Source: an uncultured Gemmatimonadales bacterium
GTDB lineage: Bacteria; Gemmatimonadota; Gemmatimonadetes; Longimicrobiales; Gaopeijiaceae
NCBI GenBank assembly: GCA_963809895.1
Contig: CAWELD010000003.1
Coordinates: forward strand, 2,304,001 to 2,368,000
Direction of reading: 5' to 3'
DNA: 64,000 nucleotides
In this document: piece after piece, positions 9,137 to 18,719 of the stretch
Layout: the number at the start of each line of letters is the position of its first letter
Position numbering within the stretch: position 1 is the stretch's first letter
Program-made: the position numbers and the translations under genes
The notes under the pieces: model-generated
What the model saw: the letters and a program-made list of their open reading frames with translations, nothing else
The model's database searches: none
Told to the model about the DNA's origin: nothing

Positions 9137-10144
9137 TCATCCGGCGGAGGCCGCCGCCGCTTCCGGAGCCTCCAGATCCATGCCCCCGTGGGCGAGCCAG
9201 CGCTCGGCTTCCAGAGCCGCCATGCATCCGCTGCCCGCCGCCGTCACGGCCTGCCGGTAGTAGTCGTCCATCACGTCGCCCGCGGCGAACACGCCCGGCA
9301 CCGACGTGGCCGTGCGCCAGCTCTCGGCCGGACGCACGTACCCGTTCTCCTTGAGCTCGATCTGGCCGTCGAGGAACTCGGTGTTGGGCTGGTGACCGAT
9401 GGCCACGAACAGCCCCCCCACCGACATCTCCTCTTCCCGGCCGGTCTTCACGTTGCGGATGCGCAGCCCACGGATCTCCTCGTCACCGAGCACCTCCGTG
9501 ACCACGGTGTCCCACAACACGCGGATCTTCGGCGACGCCAGCGCGCGCTCGGCCATGATGGGCGACGCGCGCAGCTCGTCGCGGCGATGGATGACCACCA
9601 CCTCCGCGGCGAAGCTGGTGAGGTAGAGAGCCTCCTCCATGGCGGTGTCACCTCCACCCACCACGGCCAGCGTCTTGTTCCGATAGAAGGGCAGAGCGCC
9701 ATCGCACACCGCGCACGCCGACACCCCGCCACCGGTACGGGCCAGGCGCTCCTCGCCGGGGACGCCGATCCACTTGGCGTTGGCTCCGGTGGCCACGATG
9801 ACCGCGTCTGCCTCGATCTCCTTGCCGGTGCTGGAATAGAGCCGCCGGGGATAGACGGAGAAGTCCACCCGCTCGATGTCCTCGGTGAAGATGCGGGTGC
9901 CGAAGCGCTCCGCCTGTTGCCGGAACGCCATCATCATCTCGGGCCCCGTCACGCCGTCGGGGAAGCCCGGATAGTTCTCCACGTCCGTGGTGAACATGAG
10001 CTGCCCACCCGGGATCATGGTGCGACTCCCGGCGCCCTCGAAGACCACGGGGTCGAGATTGGCGCGCGCGGCGTACAGCGCCGCGGTCCATCCCGCGGGG
10101 CCCGAGCCCACGATGACGACCTTCTCTCTCATGACGTCCGACAT
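9137..10144 (-). CDS. trxB: Thioredoxin-disulfide reductase
   Basis: GSGPAG, VENYPGF, CAVCDG redox centre, [18 protein letters not shown] and [19 protein letters not shown]. Confidence 0.95.
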   Translation of the reverse strand: MSDVMREKVVIVGSGPAGWTAALYAARANLDPVVFEGAGSRTMIPGGQLMFTTDVENYPGFPDGVTGPEMMMAFRQQAERFGTRIFTEDIERVDFSVYPRRLYSSTGKEIEADAVIVATGANAKWIGVPGEERLARTGGGVSACAVCDGALPFYRNKTLAVVGGGDTAMEEALYLTSFAAEVVVIHRRDELRASPIMAERALASPKIRVLWDTVVTEVLGDEEIRGLRIRNVKTGREEEMSVGGLFVAIGHQPNTEFLDGQIELKENGYVRPAESWRTATSVPGVFAAGDVMDDYYRQAVTAAGSGCMAALEAERWLAHGGMDLEAPEAAAASAG

Positions 10145-10181
10145 GTTCGTCCTCCAGAGCGTCCGCCGCGGGGCGGGCGCG

Positions 10182-11186
10182 TCACTTGTCCTTGAATACC
10201 GCGAGGCTGGTGGAGTGGCCGGGGTTCACGCGCGCATCGGGGTTCACGAAATGCACCGCGTTGTTCACCGCGATGCAGGCCTCCGCGAAACCGGTGGCGA
10301 TGAGGTCCAGCTTGCCCTCGTAGTCCACGATGTCGCCGGCGGCGTAGATCCCCGGCACGTTGGTCTCCATGAGCTGATCCACCACGAGCCGGTTCTTGTT
10401 GAGCTCGAGCCCCCAACGCTTGATGGGGCCCAGATCGGGCTTGAAGCCCAGGAAGGTCAGGACCGCGTCGACCTCCAACACCGTCTCCTCGTCGGTCCTG
10501 TTGTCGAATACGGTCACCGACTCCACGGTTCCATTCCCGTGGATCTCGCGCACCTCGTGGTAGGTGAGGAGCTCCATCTCACCCGCGGCGCACGCTGCAT
10601 CCATCTGCGTGACCGAGGCCTCGTGGGCGCGAAAGCCCTCGCGGCGATGCACGAGGACCACCCGGCTGCAGTGGGCCTTGAGGATGAGGGCCCAGTCCAG
10701 GGCCGAATCGCCCCCACCCACGATGAGGACCCGCTTGTCGCGGAAATCCTCCGGATTCTTGACGGCGTAGTTCACGCCACGGTGCAGATGCTCCCGGTAT
10801 CCCGGCACGTCCAGATGGCGGGGCTCGAAGGCTCCCTTGCCCCCGGCGACCACCAGGGCACGAGTGGGATACGCCCCCCCGCGGGCCCGCAGCACGAAGT
10901 GGTCGTCGGCCCGCTCCACCTCTCGCACTTCTTCGTCCAGGACGACCTCGGGATCGAACTGCATGGCCTGCTCCGTGAGGCCACGCGCCAGGTCCTTGGC
11001 CAGGATCTTGGGGAATCCGCCCACGTCGAAGATGTACTTCTCCGGGTACAGCGCCGTGAGCTGACCGCCCAGCTCGGGAAGAGAATCGACGATGCGCGTG
11101 GTCATACCGCGCATGCCTGCGTAGAAGGCGGCAAACAGGCCCGTGGGGCCCCCGCCGATGATGGTCACGTCCTTGATATCAGTCAT
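10182..11186 (-). CDS. Ferredoxin--NADP+ reductase, TrxB-like (YumC type)
   Basis: [47 protein letters not shown] and C-terminal HST; no CxxC. Confidence 0.88.
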   Translation of the reverse strand: MTDIKDVTIIGGGPTGLFAAFYAGMRGMTTRIVDSLPELGGQLTALYPEKYIFDVGGFPKILAKDLARGLTEQAMQFDPEVVLDEEVREVERADDHFVLRARGGAYPTRALVVAGGKGAFEPRHLDVPGYREHLHRGVNYAVKNPEDFRDKRVLIVGGGDSALDWALILKAHCSRVVLVHRREGFRAHEASVTQMDAACAAGEMELLTYHEVREIHGNGTVESVTVFDNRTDEETVLEVDAVLTFLGFKPDLGPIKRWGLELNKNRLVVDQLMETNVPGIYAAGDIVDYEGKLDLIATGFAEACIAVNNAVHFVNPDARVNPGHSTSLAVFKDK

Positions 11187-11246
11187 GGGGTGAAGTCTAA
11201 CCGGCCCGGGGCGAGTGGCAACGCCCGGGACCTGCGAGCGGGAACC

Positions 11247-11696
11247 TCAGAGGGGGACCGGCGCCTCGTCGCCGTCGCCCAGCAGGTCGGACACCCGCGT
11301 GAGCACGCCGCGAGCGTTGTCGTAGCTGATCCGCTCCATCGCGTCCGACAGCGGGAGCCACAGGCAATCGGTGATCCCCTCGGCCACTTCCGGAACGGGC
11401 TCGCCGTCGTTCGACGACATGAGGAAGAACGCGCAGAACTTGTGGACGAGGCGGCCCTGCAGGCGGAAATACCAGTCGATGGTCTCCAACTCCGGCCCCA
11501 GGACCAGGGCCTCCAGCCCCGTCTCTTCCTGGACCTCGCGAAGCGCCGCGTCGGCGGCGGCCTCCCCTTTCTCCAGGTGGCCCTTGGGGAGGCCCCAGTT
11601 TCGGTAGGGGTCACGGATCAGGAGAACATGCACTTCGCCGGCGATGCGGCGCACCACCACTCCCCCGGCGCTGCGCTCGATGCGAGCCCGGCTCAC
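11247..11696 (-). CDS. NUDIX hydrolase (Ap4A hydrolase-like)
   Basis: SAGGVV and WGLPKGHLEKGEAAADAALREVQEETGL Nudix box. GTG 11696 has a GGGAG RBS; 11717 is an alternative start. Confidence 0.88.
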   Translation of the reverse strand: MSRARIERSAGGVVVRRIAGEVHVLLIRDPYRNWGLPKGHLEKGEAAADAALREVQEETGLEALVLGPELETIDWYFRLQGRLVHKFCAFFLMSSNDGEPVPEVAEGITDCLWLPLSDAMERISYDNARGVLTRVSDLLGDGDEAPVPL

Positions 11697-11755
11697 GCGT
11701 GCCCGCTCCCGAGGCACGAGGTCGCATGGGGGAGGCCACTCATCCGGAATCGGCG

Positions 11756-12763
11756 TCAGAAGATGGACAGGCGCACGTAGCGCTTCGGATTCTCTCGCAG
11801 GTCGGCCAGCAACAGGTCCAACTGCCGCAGGACGGCGCCGGCACGACTCACCAGCACCGTGTCGGCGAACAGCTGACCGATGGCACCCTCGCCCCGGCTC
11901 ACCCTCGCCGTCAAGCGGTCGATACGCGCGAAGGCCGAATCCGCGCGGCGCAGGGTCTGGTCGAACTCGTCGGTGGACTGGGCCACCTGCCCGGCAATGC
12001 TGGACAGCGTGCCCGTGGCGGTGCGCACGTTCACCAGGATGGAATCCACCTCGCCCGACGCCAGGATGCGGTCGGCGTGCTGCAGCGCCGAGCGCCCCAC
12101 TTCGGCGGCCCCGCCGATCTCGGTGGCCGCCCGCTCCACCTGGGCGCTCACGTTGGCGAAGGTCGACGCCTGCTGGCCCACCAGATCACGCAGATTCTCG
12201 CTGACCTGCTGGATGTTGTCGATGGCCTGGCGGAAGTTGTCGGCCGTGGAGTCGTTGAACGCGCGGTCGACGCGATTGGTGAGCACGGCGAGGTTCTGGC
12301 TGATCTCGTTCGCCGTGGCGGTGAGGCGGGAGATGTCCGGAATGGCGAAGCCACCCACCACCCGCACGCCCTCCTCCTTCAAGCGTGAGGGCACGACGAA
12401 GTAGTCGAAGGTGGGAAAACGGGCGCGAGACACGATCTCGGTCTGCCACTCCCCGAACAGGGACTCCGGCGCCACGATGGCGACGGCGTCGGTGGGCAGC
12501 TCCATGTCGTTCTCGAGGCGCAGTCGGATGCGCACCGCCTCACCGTCGGGCACCACCTCGAACGACTCCACGCGGCCGATCTGCACGCCACGGAACTTGA
12601 CCGCGTTGCCCTCCCGCAGCTGGCCCACGTCCTGGACCAGCACGTCGATGGGAACGGCCGGCCGGCCGAAGTTGATCCCCTTGAGCCAGAGGGTGCCCAC
12701 CGCCGTCACGGCGATCCCTGCCAGGATCACGGCTCCCACCAGCACTTCTTTGCCTCGATTCAC
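11756..12763 (-). CDS. MlaD/MCE family protein with helical C-terminal extension
   Basis: N-terminal TM, GQLREGNAVKFRGVQIGRV, SLFGE and C-terminal LLADLRENPKRY; GTG 12763 overlaps the upstream stop (GTGA). Confidence 0.88.
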   Translation of the reverse strand: MNRGKEVLVGAVILAGIAVTAVGTLWLKGINFGRPAVPIDVLVQDVGQLREGNAVKFRGVQIGRVESFEVVPDGEAVRIRLRLENDMELPTDAVAIVAPESLFGEWQTEIVSRARFPTFDYFVVPSRLKEEGVRVVGGFAIPDISRLTATANEISQNLAVLTNRVDRAFNDSTADNFRQAIDNIQQVSENLRDLVGQQASTFANVSAQVERAATEIGGAAEVGRSALQHADRILASGEVDSILVNVRTATGTLSSIAGQVAQSTDEFDQTLRRADSAFARIDRLTARVSRGEGAIGQLFADTVLVSRAGAVLRQLDLLLADLRENPKRYVRLSIF

Positions 12764-13509
12764 GTCGCCTCCTCCCAGAGCTCCGGCTTTCCCTCGATGA
12801 AACCCTGGACCACCGGATCGTCCGAGTCCTGAATCTCCCGGGGCGTGCCGACGGCGCGCACCCGTCCCTTGTACAGCATGGCGATCCTGTCCGAGATACG
12901 ATACGCGCTGTCGAGATCGTGGGTGATGACGAGACTGGTGACGCCGAGCTCGTCGCGCATGCGCAGCACGAGCCGGTCGATGACCGTCACCGTGACCGGG
13001 TCCAGGCCCGTGGTCGGCTCGTCGTAGAGCAGGTAGCGTGGCCTCAGGGCGACGGCACGCGCCACCCCCGCCCGCTTCTTCATTCCACCCGACAGCTCGA
13101 TGGGATAACGCTCCTCCACACCCTCCAGGTCCACGAGCTCGAGCGATTCCCGCACCCGCTCGCGAATGTCGGCGTCGGACATGTCGGGAATGCGGCGCAG
13201 GCCCATGGCCACGTTTTCGCCGATGGTCATGGAGTCGAACAGCGCCGCGAACTGGAAGACGTAGCCCACCTTGCGGCGCAGCTCGTAGAGCGCGTCGGTG
13301 GCGAGCCCGCCGACCTCCTCGTCGTCCACCCACACCTCTCCCGCATCGGGCTGCACCAAACGGATGATGGACTTGAGCGTCGTGGACTTGCCCGAGCCCG
13401 ACGAGCCGATGACGGACACGACCTCACCCTCCTCCACCTCGAGGTCGAACCCGTCCAGGACGACCTGGCCGTCGAAGGCCTTCTCGAGGCCGCGGATGCG
13501 GATGCTCAC
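12760..13509 (-). CDS. mlaF: ABC transporter ATP-binding protein, MlaF/Ttg2A family
   Basis: Walker A GSSGSGKST, FQFAALFDSMT, LSGGMKKR, YDEPTTGLDP and ITHD; GTGA-coupled to mlaE. Confidence 0.9.
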   Translation of the reverse strand: MSIRIRGLEKAFDGQVVLDGFDLEVEEGEVVSVIGSSGSGKSTTLKSIIRLVQPDAGEVWVDDEEVGGLATDALYELRRKVGYVFQFAALFDSMTIGENVAMGLRRIPDMSDADIRERVRESLELVDLEGVEERYPIELSGGMKKRAGVARAVALRPRYLLYDEPTTGLDPVTVTVIDRLVLRMRDELGVTSLVITHDLDSAYRISDRIAMLYKGRVRAVGTPREIQDSDDPVVQGFIEGKPELWEEAT

Positions 13510-14288
13510 AGGAGTGCCGCCGCCCAGAAGGCGTCCAGCACCAGGATCACCATGCTCGACACCACCACCGCGCGCGTGGTGGCACGACCCACACCCTGGG
13601 CACCGCCGGTGCAGGTGAAGCCGAAGAAGGCCCCCAGACCCGTGACGGTGAGGCCGAAGCTGGCAGCCTTGATGAGGGCGAACTCCACGTCGAACGGGCG
13701 GAAGAAGAGGCGCAGTCCCCGCACGAACTCGGGTGTCGACAGATCCAGGAGCGACAGCGAGGTGGCCCATCCCGCCACGATGCCCATGGCCATGGCCAGC
13801 GCCACCACCACCGGGAACATGACCAGACCCGCCAGGACCCGCGGCACCACCAGGTACGCCACGGGATCGTAGGCCAGCGACTCCAGGGCATCGATCTGCT
13901 CGGTGACACGCATGGTACCGAGCTCGGCGGCGATGTTGGCCCCGACCCTGCCCGACAGGGACAGCCCGGTCAGGACCGGGCCCAGCTCCAGAAGGATGGT
14001 CTTGCCCACGAGGGCGCCCACGAAGTACAGCGGCACGGTGCCGGTGAAGGTGTAGGAGGCCTGGATGGCCAGCACGATGCCCGTGAAGGTGGCGATGAAG
14101 AGCGCGATGGGCACAGAGGCGACCCCGACGGTGGCCATCTGGGGCACGAACAGAGGGAGCCAGATGTCCAGCTTGCGAAGTGCTCGCGCCGCACCCAGGG
14201 CCAGATAGCCGCCACGCCCCACCGAGCCCACCACGCCCAGGGCGAGGCGTCCGACGTATCCGGCCGATCCGAGGAGCACGCGCTTCAT
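13506..14288 (-). CDS. mlaE: ABC transporter permease, MlaE family
   Basis: ELGPVLT, GRVGANIAAELGTMRVTEQIDAL and GVGRATT motifs. Confidence 0.93.
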   Translation of the reverse strand: MKRVLLGSAGYVGRLALGVVGSVGRGGYLALGAARALRKLDIWLPLFVPQMATVGVASVPIALFIATFTGIVLAIQASYTFTGTVPLYFVGALVGKTILLELGPVLTGLSLSGRVGANIAAELGTMRVTEQIDALESLAYDPVAYLVVPRVLAGLVMFPVVVALAMAMGIVAGWATSLSLLDLSTPEFVRGLRLFFRPFDVEFALIKAASFGLTVTGLGAFFGFTCTGGAQGVGRATTRAVVVSSMVILVLDAFWAAALL

Positions 14289-14429
14289 GGCCGCACCTAT
14301 CAGGTCGTCGAGGGATGGGGCCGAGACTCCCCGGGCCCCGGGGTGGAGGGGTCGTGCGAGGCTACACCGGCGCCCACCGGCGGATCCGTCCAGAATGCCA
14401 CCGGGAGCGCGGGGTGCTCGAGCGCCGGG

Positions 14430-14819
14430 TCAGCGGTGGTGGACGGGCAACGCCCCCTCCACCGTGAACTCCACCTCCTCCTCTCCACCCTCCGGAGACG
14501 GCACCCGGCACGCCAGTCGGAACCGGGTGGTGCTGGACCCTGGATCGATGACCGCGACTTCCACGTCCAATCCCTGCTCGACCGACACGATGCGGGTGCG
14601 GACGCGATCTCCCGGCTCGGCTTCGCGGCGGTCCAGGGGATTCTTGAACAGGGTCTTGGTGCTCTGCCGCCCCGATTCCAGGGTGCGTGTCACCTTCACG
14701 AACCGGAGCCAGTCCGGCTGATAGCTAATGTCGTACTGGTGTCCGCGTTGATCGACGCCGGACCCGTCGCGGTTGTGCCGCGCCATCACGACCTCCACGT
14801 GGCGGGCCAATTTACGCAA
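14430..14819 (-). CDS. Hypothetical protein, 129 aa
   Basis: TTG start with AAGGTG RBS; normal protein composition; preceded by an AT-rich promoter. Confidence 0.7.
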   Translation of the reverse strand: MRKLARHVEVVMARHNRDGSGVDQRGHQYDISYQPDWLRFVKVTRTLESGRQSTKTLFKNPLDRREAEPGDRVRTRIVSVEQGLDVEVAVIDPGSSTTRFRLACRVPSPEGGEEEVEFTVEGALPVHHR

Positions 14820-14833
14820 AATTCACCTTGAAC

Positions 14834-14903
14834 AAATGTCTTTCCATCGCTCGGGAAATGTCAAGTTTCCTGATGTGGCACAACTGAGAATGTGTCTACA
14901 TCA
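14834..14903 (-). promoter_or_regulatory. Sigma-70-type promoter with repeat and palindrome
   Basis: Minus-strand TTGACA (14864-14859), 18 bp spacer, GACATT (14840-14835); GACATTT repeated 22 bp apart; imperfect inverted repeat TGATGT...ACATCA (14871-14903). Confidence 0.55.
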
Positions 14904-14945
14904 CGGGGGATTTCCACCGATGCCGGGTCGCGAAAAGCCGCAGAG

Positions 14946-16058
14946 TCAGAGAGCCAGCGGCACCGGGACAAAGGTGAGAAAAAAGACGATGATCGCCGCC
15001 CAGCCGATCCTCCGTCGCCACCGTCCCGGGGCAGGCGGATCCTGCAGGACCGGCGGATGCTTCATCCTTCCCCGGTTCACACCCCACGCCAACAGCGCCC
15101 ACACCCACCAGCCCCACCAGAGCCATCCCAGCGCCAGGAGCGCCAACAGGACCGGGACACCGACACGTCCCTGACGCTCACCGAACAGGGCATAGGCGAC
15201 GTGGCCTCCGTCGAGTTGACCCAACGGAAGCATGTTGAGCGCGGTGACGAAGAATCCCAACCACCCGGCCAGCGCAACCGGATGCAGCAGGAGGGGCGCG
15301 TGCGGGGAGCCCGGCGCCAGCAGGTCGGCCATGACGCGGGTGAGGGGCCCGGTGCCCAGCCATACGGGCTCTCCGGCGAAACGCACCAGGAACGGCGTCC
15401 ACGGGTTCCCCCACCCCGGGCCGGGCAGCGAATGCCGGAGGCCCCAGGCGAAGAGCGGAACCGAGAGCACGAAGCTGGCCACCGGCCCCGCCACGCCCAC
15501 GTCGAGAAGCACGTCCCTTCGCACCATGGGGCCGCGGATCCGGATGAAGGCCCCCAGCGTTCCGATCAGGGACAGATAGGGCGGAACCGGGAGGAAGTAC
15601 GGCGGCGAGACCGGCACCCCGTGCCGTCGCGCCACCAGGTAGTGACCCATCTCGTGCGCCAGGAGGACGGCCAGGAACGGGAGGGCGAAGGGGGCGCCGC
15701 GCAGCAGGAGCTCCGCATGAAATCCCCTGGGCACGGGCAGGGCCACCGGGCCGACGTAGAGGGGCCGCGCATCGAAGGGATCGACCCCGGCCATGAGCGC
15801 TCCGGCGGCCAGGCAGGTGACCAGGGTGGCCGCGAAGAGGAGCACGTGGAGCCACCACCGCGTCGGAGCACCGCCGGCCTCACGCAGGAGGACCAGGTCC
15901 AGCCCGTCCTCGTCTTCGTGGAGCCAGGAGGATCCCGGCCACTGATCCAGCGCGGACCGAACCTCGGGGGAGTCGGCGCGCAGGCCCTCGTGCAGACGCG
16001 CACGCACGAGCAGAGCGCCGCGGGCCGTGCCTGTCCGCACGTCACGCGCCAACGCCAT
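14946..16058 (-). CDS. Site-2 protease (peptidase M50) family protein
   Basis: HEMGH, GTLGAFI, AGP and NMLPLGQLDGGH motifs; multiple TMs; exact start uncertain. Confidence 0.9.
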   Translation of the reverse strand: MALARDVRTGTARGALLVRARLHEGLRADSPEVRSALDQWPGSSWLHEDEDGLDLVLLREAGGAPTRWWLHVLLFAATLVTCLAAGALMAGVDPFDARPLYVGPVALPVPRGFHAELLLRGAPFALPFLAVLLAHEMGHYLVARRHGVPVSPPYFLPVPPYLSLIGTLGAFIRIRGPMVRRDVLLDVGVAGPVASFVLSVPLFAWGLRHSLPGPGWGNPWTPFLVRFAGEPVWLGTGPLTRVMADLLAPGSPHAPLLLHPVALAGWLGFFVTALNMLPLGQLDGGHVAYALFGERQGRVGVPVLLALLALGWLWWGWWVWALLAWGVNRGRMKHPPVLQDPPAPGRWRRRIGWAAIIVFFLTFVPVPLAL

Positions 16059-16077
16059 CCAGGCGTCGGGATTATTC

Positions 16078-16106
16078 TTGACCCTCTCCGGAGTGGGGGT
16101 TATGAT
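16078..16106 (+). promoter_or_regulatory. Sigma-70 promoter of rho
   Basis: TTGACC (16078-16083), 17 bp spacer, TATGAT (16101-16106). Confidence 0.75.
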
Positions 16107-16270
16107 CGAGCCGTTCCCTCAGGATTGTCGCGTCGTTTCGCGTTTCTTCCAAGATCCCGCCCGGGATTCGGCAACACCATACGTCGGTCCCGCCCGACGT
16201 GACGCCCGGTCCTCGCACGGACCGCTTCCCTCCTCTCCCGGCAACTCCCCGGCCCCGCAGGAGTTCTCAC

Positions 16271-17527
16271 GTGGACATCGCGGAACTCAAGGCCAAGACC
16301 GTGGGCCAGCTGCACGAGATGGCGGAGCAGCTCAACATCCCGAACTACACGGGCCTCCGCAAGCAAGACCTCACCTTCAAGATCGAACAGAGCCTGCTCG
16401 AAGGTGACGTGGCGTTGCGGGCCGAGGGCGTGCTGGAGATCCTGCCCGAAGGATACGGCTTTCTTCGCTCCCAGGCCTGGAACTACCTCTACGGGCCCGA
16501 CGACATCTACGTCAGTCCTTCGCAGATCAAGCGCTTCGACCTGCGCACCGGCGACACCATCGTGGGTCACGTGCGACCCCCGAAGGACGGCGAGCGGTAC
16601 CTGGCCCTCCTGCGGGTCCAGACCATCAACCAGGTTCCCCCGGACCAGGCTCCGGTCCGGCAGGCCTTCGAGCAGCTCCGCCCTCGCTATCCGGACGAGC
16701 GGCTCCGGCTCGAGACCGAAGACGATCCCGATCTGTCCATGCGCGTCATGGACCTGATCGCGCCCATCGGGAAGGGGCAACGAGGGCTCATCGTCTCTCC
16801 TCCCAAGGCGGGCAAAACCGTACTCCTGCAGAAGATGGCCAACGCCGTCGTGGCCAATCACCCCGAAGTGCACCTGATCGTGCTCCTCATCGACGAGCGA
16901 CCCGAAGAGGTCACGGACATGCAGCAGCACGTGGCCGCCGAGGTGATCTCGTCGACCTTCGACGAGCCGGCCGAGCGCCATACGCAGGTCGCGGAGATGG
17001 TGCTGGAAAAGGCCAAGCGCCTGGTGGAATACGGGCGCGACGTGGTCATCCTGCTGGACTCCATCACGCGCCTGGCGCGGGCCTACAACACGGTGGCGCC
17101 GCACTCCGGAAAGATCCTCTCCGGGGGAGTCGACGCCAACGCCCTCGAGAAACCCAAGAAGTTCTTCGGCGCGGCCCGCAAGATCGACGGCGGCGGGTCC
17201 CTCACCATCGTGGCCACGGCGCTCATCGACACCGGGAGCCGCATGGACGAGGTGATCTTCGAGGAGTTCAAGGGCACCGGCAACATGGAGCTGGTGCTGG
17301 ACCGACAGATTGCCGACCGGCGGATCTTCCCGGCCATCGACCTGAACAAGTCGGGCACCCGCAAGGAGGAGCTCCTCCTCACCGAGACCGAGCTGAACCG
17401 CGTCTATCTGCTGCGGAACTTCCTCGGTGACATGCCTCCGACCGAGGCGATCGAGTTCCTGCTGGCGCGCATGGAGCGCACGCGCACGAACCGGGAGTTC
17501 ATGGACGCCATGGCCCAGGGCGCGTGA
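16271..17527 (+). CDS. rho: Transcription termination factor Rho
   Basis: [66 protein letters not shown] and EFKGTGN; AGGAG RBS before GTG 16271. Confidence 0.98.
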   Translation: MDIAELKAKTVGQLHEMAEQLNIPNYTGLRKQDLTFKIEQSLLEGDVALRAEGVLEILPEGYGFLRSQAWNYLYGPDDIYVSPSQIKRFDLRTGDTIVGHVRPPKDGERYLALLRVQTINQVPPDQAPVRQAFEQLRPRYPDERLRLETEDDPDLSMRVMDLIAPIGKGQRGLIVSPPKAGKTVLLQKMANAVVANHPEVHLIVLLIDERPEEVTDMQQHVAAEVISSTFDEPAERHTQVAEMVLEKAKRLVEYGRDVVILLDSITRLARAYNTVAPHSGKILSGGVDANALEKPKKFFGAARKIDGGGSLTIVATALIDTGSRMDEVIFEEFKGTGNMELVLDRQIADRRIFPAIDLNKSGTRKEELLLTETELNRVYLLRNFLGDMPPTEAIEFLLARMERTRTNREFMDAMAQGA

Positions 17528-17546
17528 CCGCTCAGCGACGCCCGGG

Positions 17547-18089
17547 CTACTCGTCCAGCACGGCCTGGTAGCGAGGGTTCACCACCAGTCGGCCCTCCTG
17601 GAAGACCTTGCGGTCCCACGGGAAGATGACCGTCTCGTCGGTCTCCAAAGCGTAGTAGTCGGGCCGATAGCCACCGGGGCGTACGAAGCTCGTGGCCGTC
17701 CGCACCTCCGCGGGGCCCACGTCGCGCACCGCGGCCAGCGCCAACCGCAACGTGTCGCCGGACGTGGTCACCTCGTCCACCAGCAGGACACGCTTCCCCT
17801 CGAGCCTGGCCGGCGCGGCCGACAGCACCTCGGGTCTCTCCCGCACCCTGCCCACGCCCTCCTTCCGGCTCACCAGGATCGAATGGAACTCCTGGCGGAG
17901 GATGGACGCCACGACCGCGCCCGGAATGACGCCCGTACGCGCGATGCCCACCACGATCTCGGGGTCGTAGTCACGCGCCACGCGGAGCGCCAGCGCCCGG
18001 CTGAGCTCCCCGAACATCTCCCACGAGACCTCCAGGAACCGCTGCTGTGCGCGAAGACCGGGGTCGGAGTTGGTGAAGGGTTCGAGCAT
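17547..18089 (-). CDS. Type I phosphoribosyltransferase family protein
   Basis: VVGIARTG and PRPP loop VLLVDEVTTSGDTL, IFPWD; GGAGG RBS before ATG 18089. Confidence 0.85.
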   Translation of the reverse strand: MLEPFTNSDPGLRAQQRFLEVSWEMFGELSRALALRVARDYDPEIVVGIARTGVIPGAVVASILRQEFHSILVSRKEGVGRVRERPEVLSAAPARLEGKRVLLVDEVTTSGDTLRLALAAVRDVGPAEVRTATSFVRPGGYRPDYYALETDETVIFPWDRKVFQEGRLVVNPRYQAVLDE

Positions 18090-18229
18090 GGTCGCCTCCG
18101 GCAGGGGGGGACGGTGGAGGGACCGCGGAACGTACGTGGCCCCGGGGGTGGCGGACAACTCCCGGTTGACCGACGTGGTCGCGATCCTCATCGTCAGGCG
18201 ATGATCTTCCCTCATGCGTACGGTCGAGG

Positions 18230-18691
18230 ATGACCGCCGTGTCCGATTCGCCCCAGAGCGGCGCCGACGCACTCCTTGAGAAAGCGCTGGAAGAGACGGG
18301 CGCCCGGGATCCTCGCGAGTTCTACCGCGCCCGGCTCAAGGAGCTCAGGGAGCAGAGTCGCGAAGCCTACGAGCGCGCCGTGACGCACTACCGGGACCGC
18401 CTCCTGCCCGCCATCGTCGAGGAAGGAGCCGATCCGCTGGCGGCCTGGACCGAGTACGGCCGGGTCCTGGCCGAGCTCGTCGCTCCGGGACGCACGCTCA
18501 CGGTCGATCCCACCGGCAGGGCCTCGGCCTACGAGGCGCCGTCTCGCCGGGACCACCTGATCCTGCACCTGCCCGACAGTCGTCGCATGCGCGCCATCCT
18601 GGTGGGGCTGCCCCCGGAGCTGAGCGCGGCTCAGCGGGCGACCTTCGACTGGTTGGTCCAGGGCCGCAACACGCTGCGAGACGCCTCCTGA
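18230..18691 (+). CDS. Hypothetical protein, 153 aa
   Basis: Helical, natural-looking composition; fills the gap between the PRTase and M1 peptidase genes; TACGGT 5 nt before the ATG. Confidence 0.72.
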   Translation: MTAVSDSPQSGADALLEKALEETGARDPREFYRARLKELREQSREAYERAVTHYRDRLLPAIVEEGADPLAAWTEYGRVLAELVAPGRTLTVDPTGRASAYEAPSRRDHLILHLPDSRRMRAILVGLPPELSAAQRATFDWLVQGRNTLRDAS

Positions 18692-18719
18692 CGCGCCGGG
18701 GCCGGGCGGGCCGCGAAGC

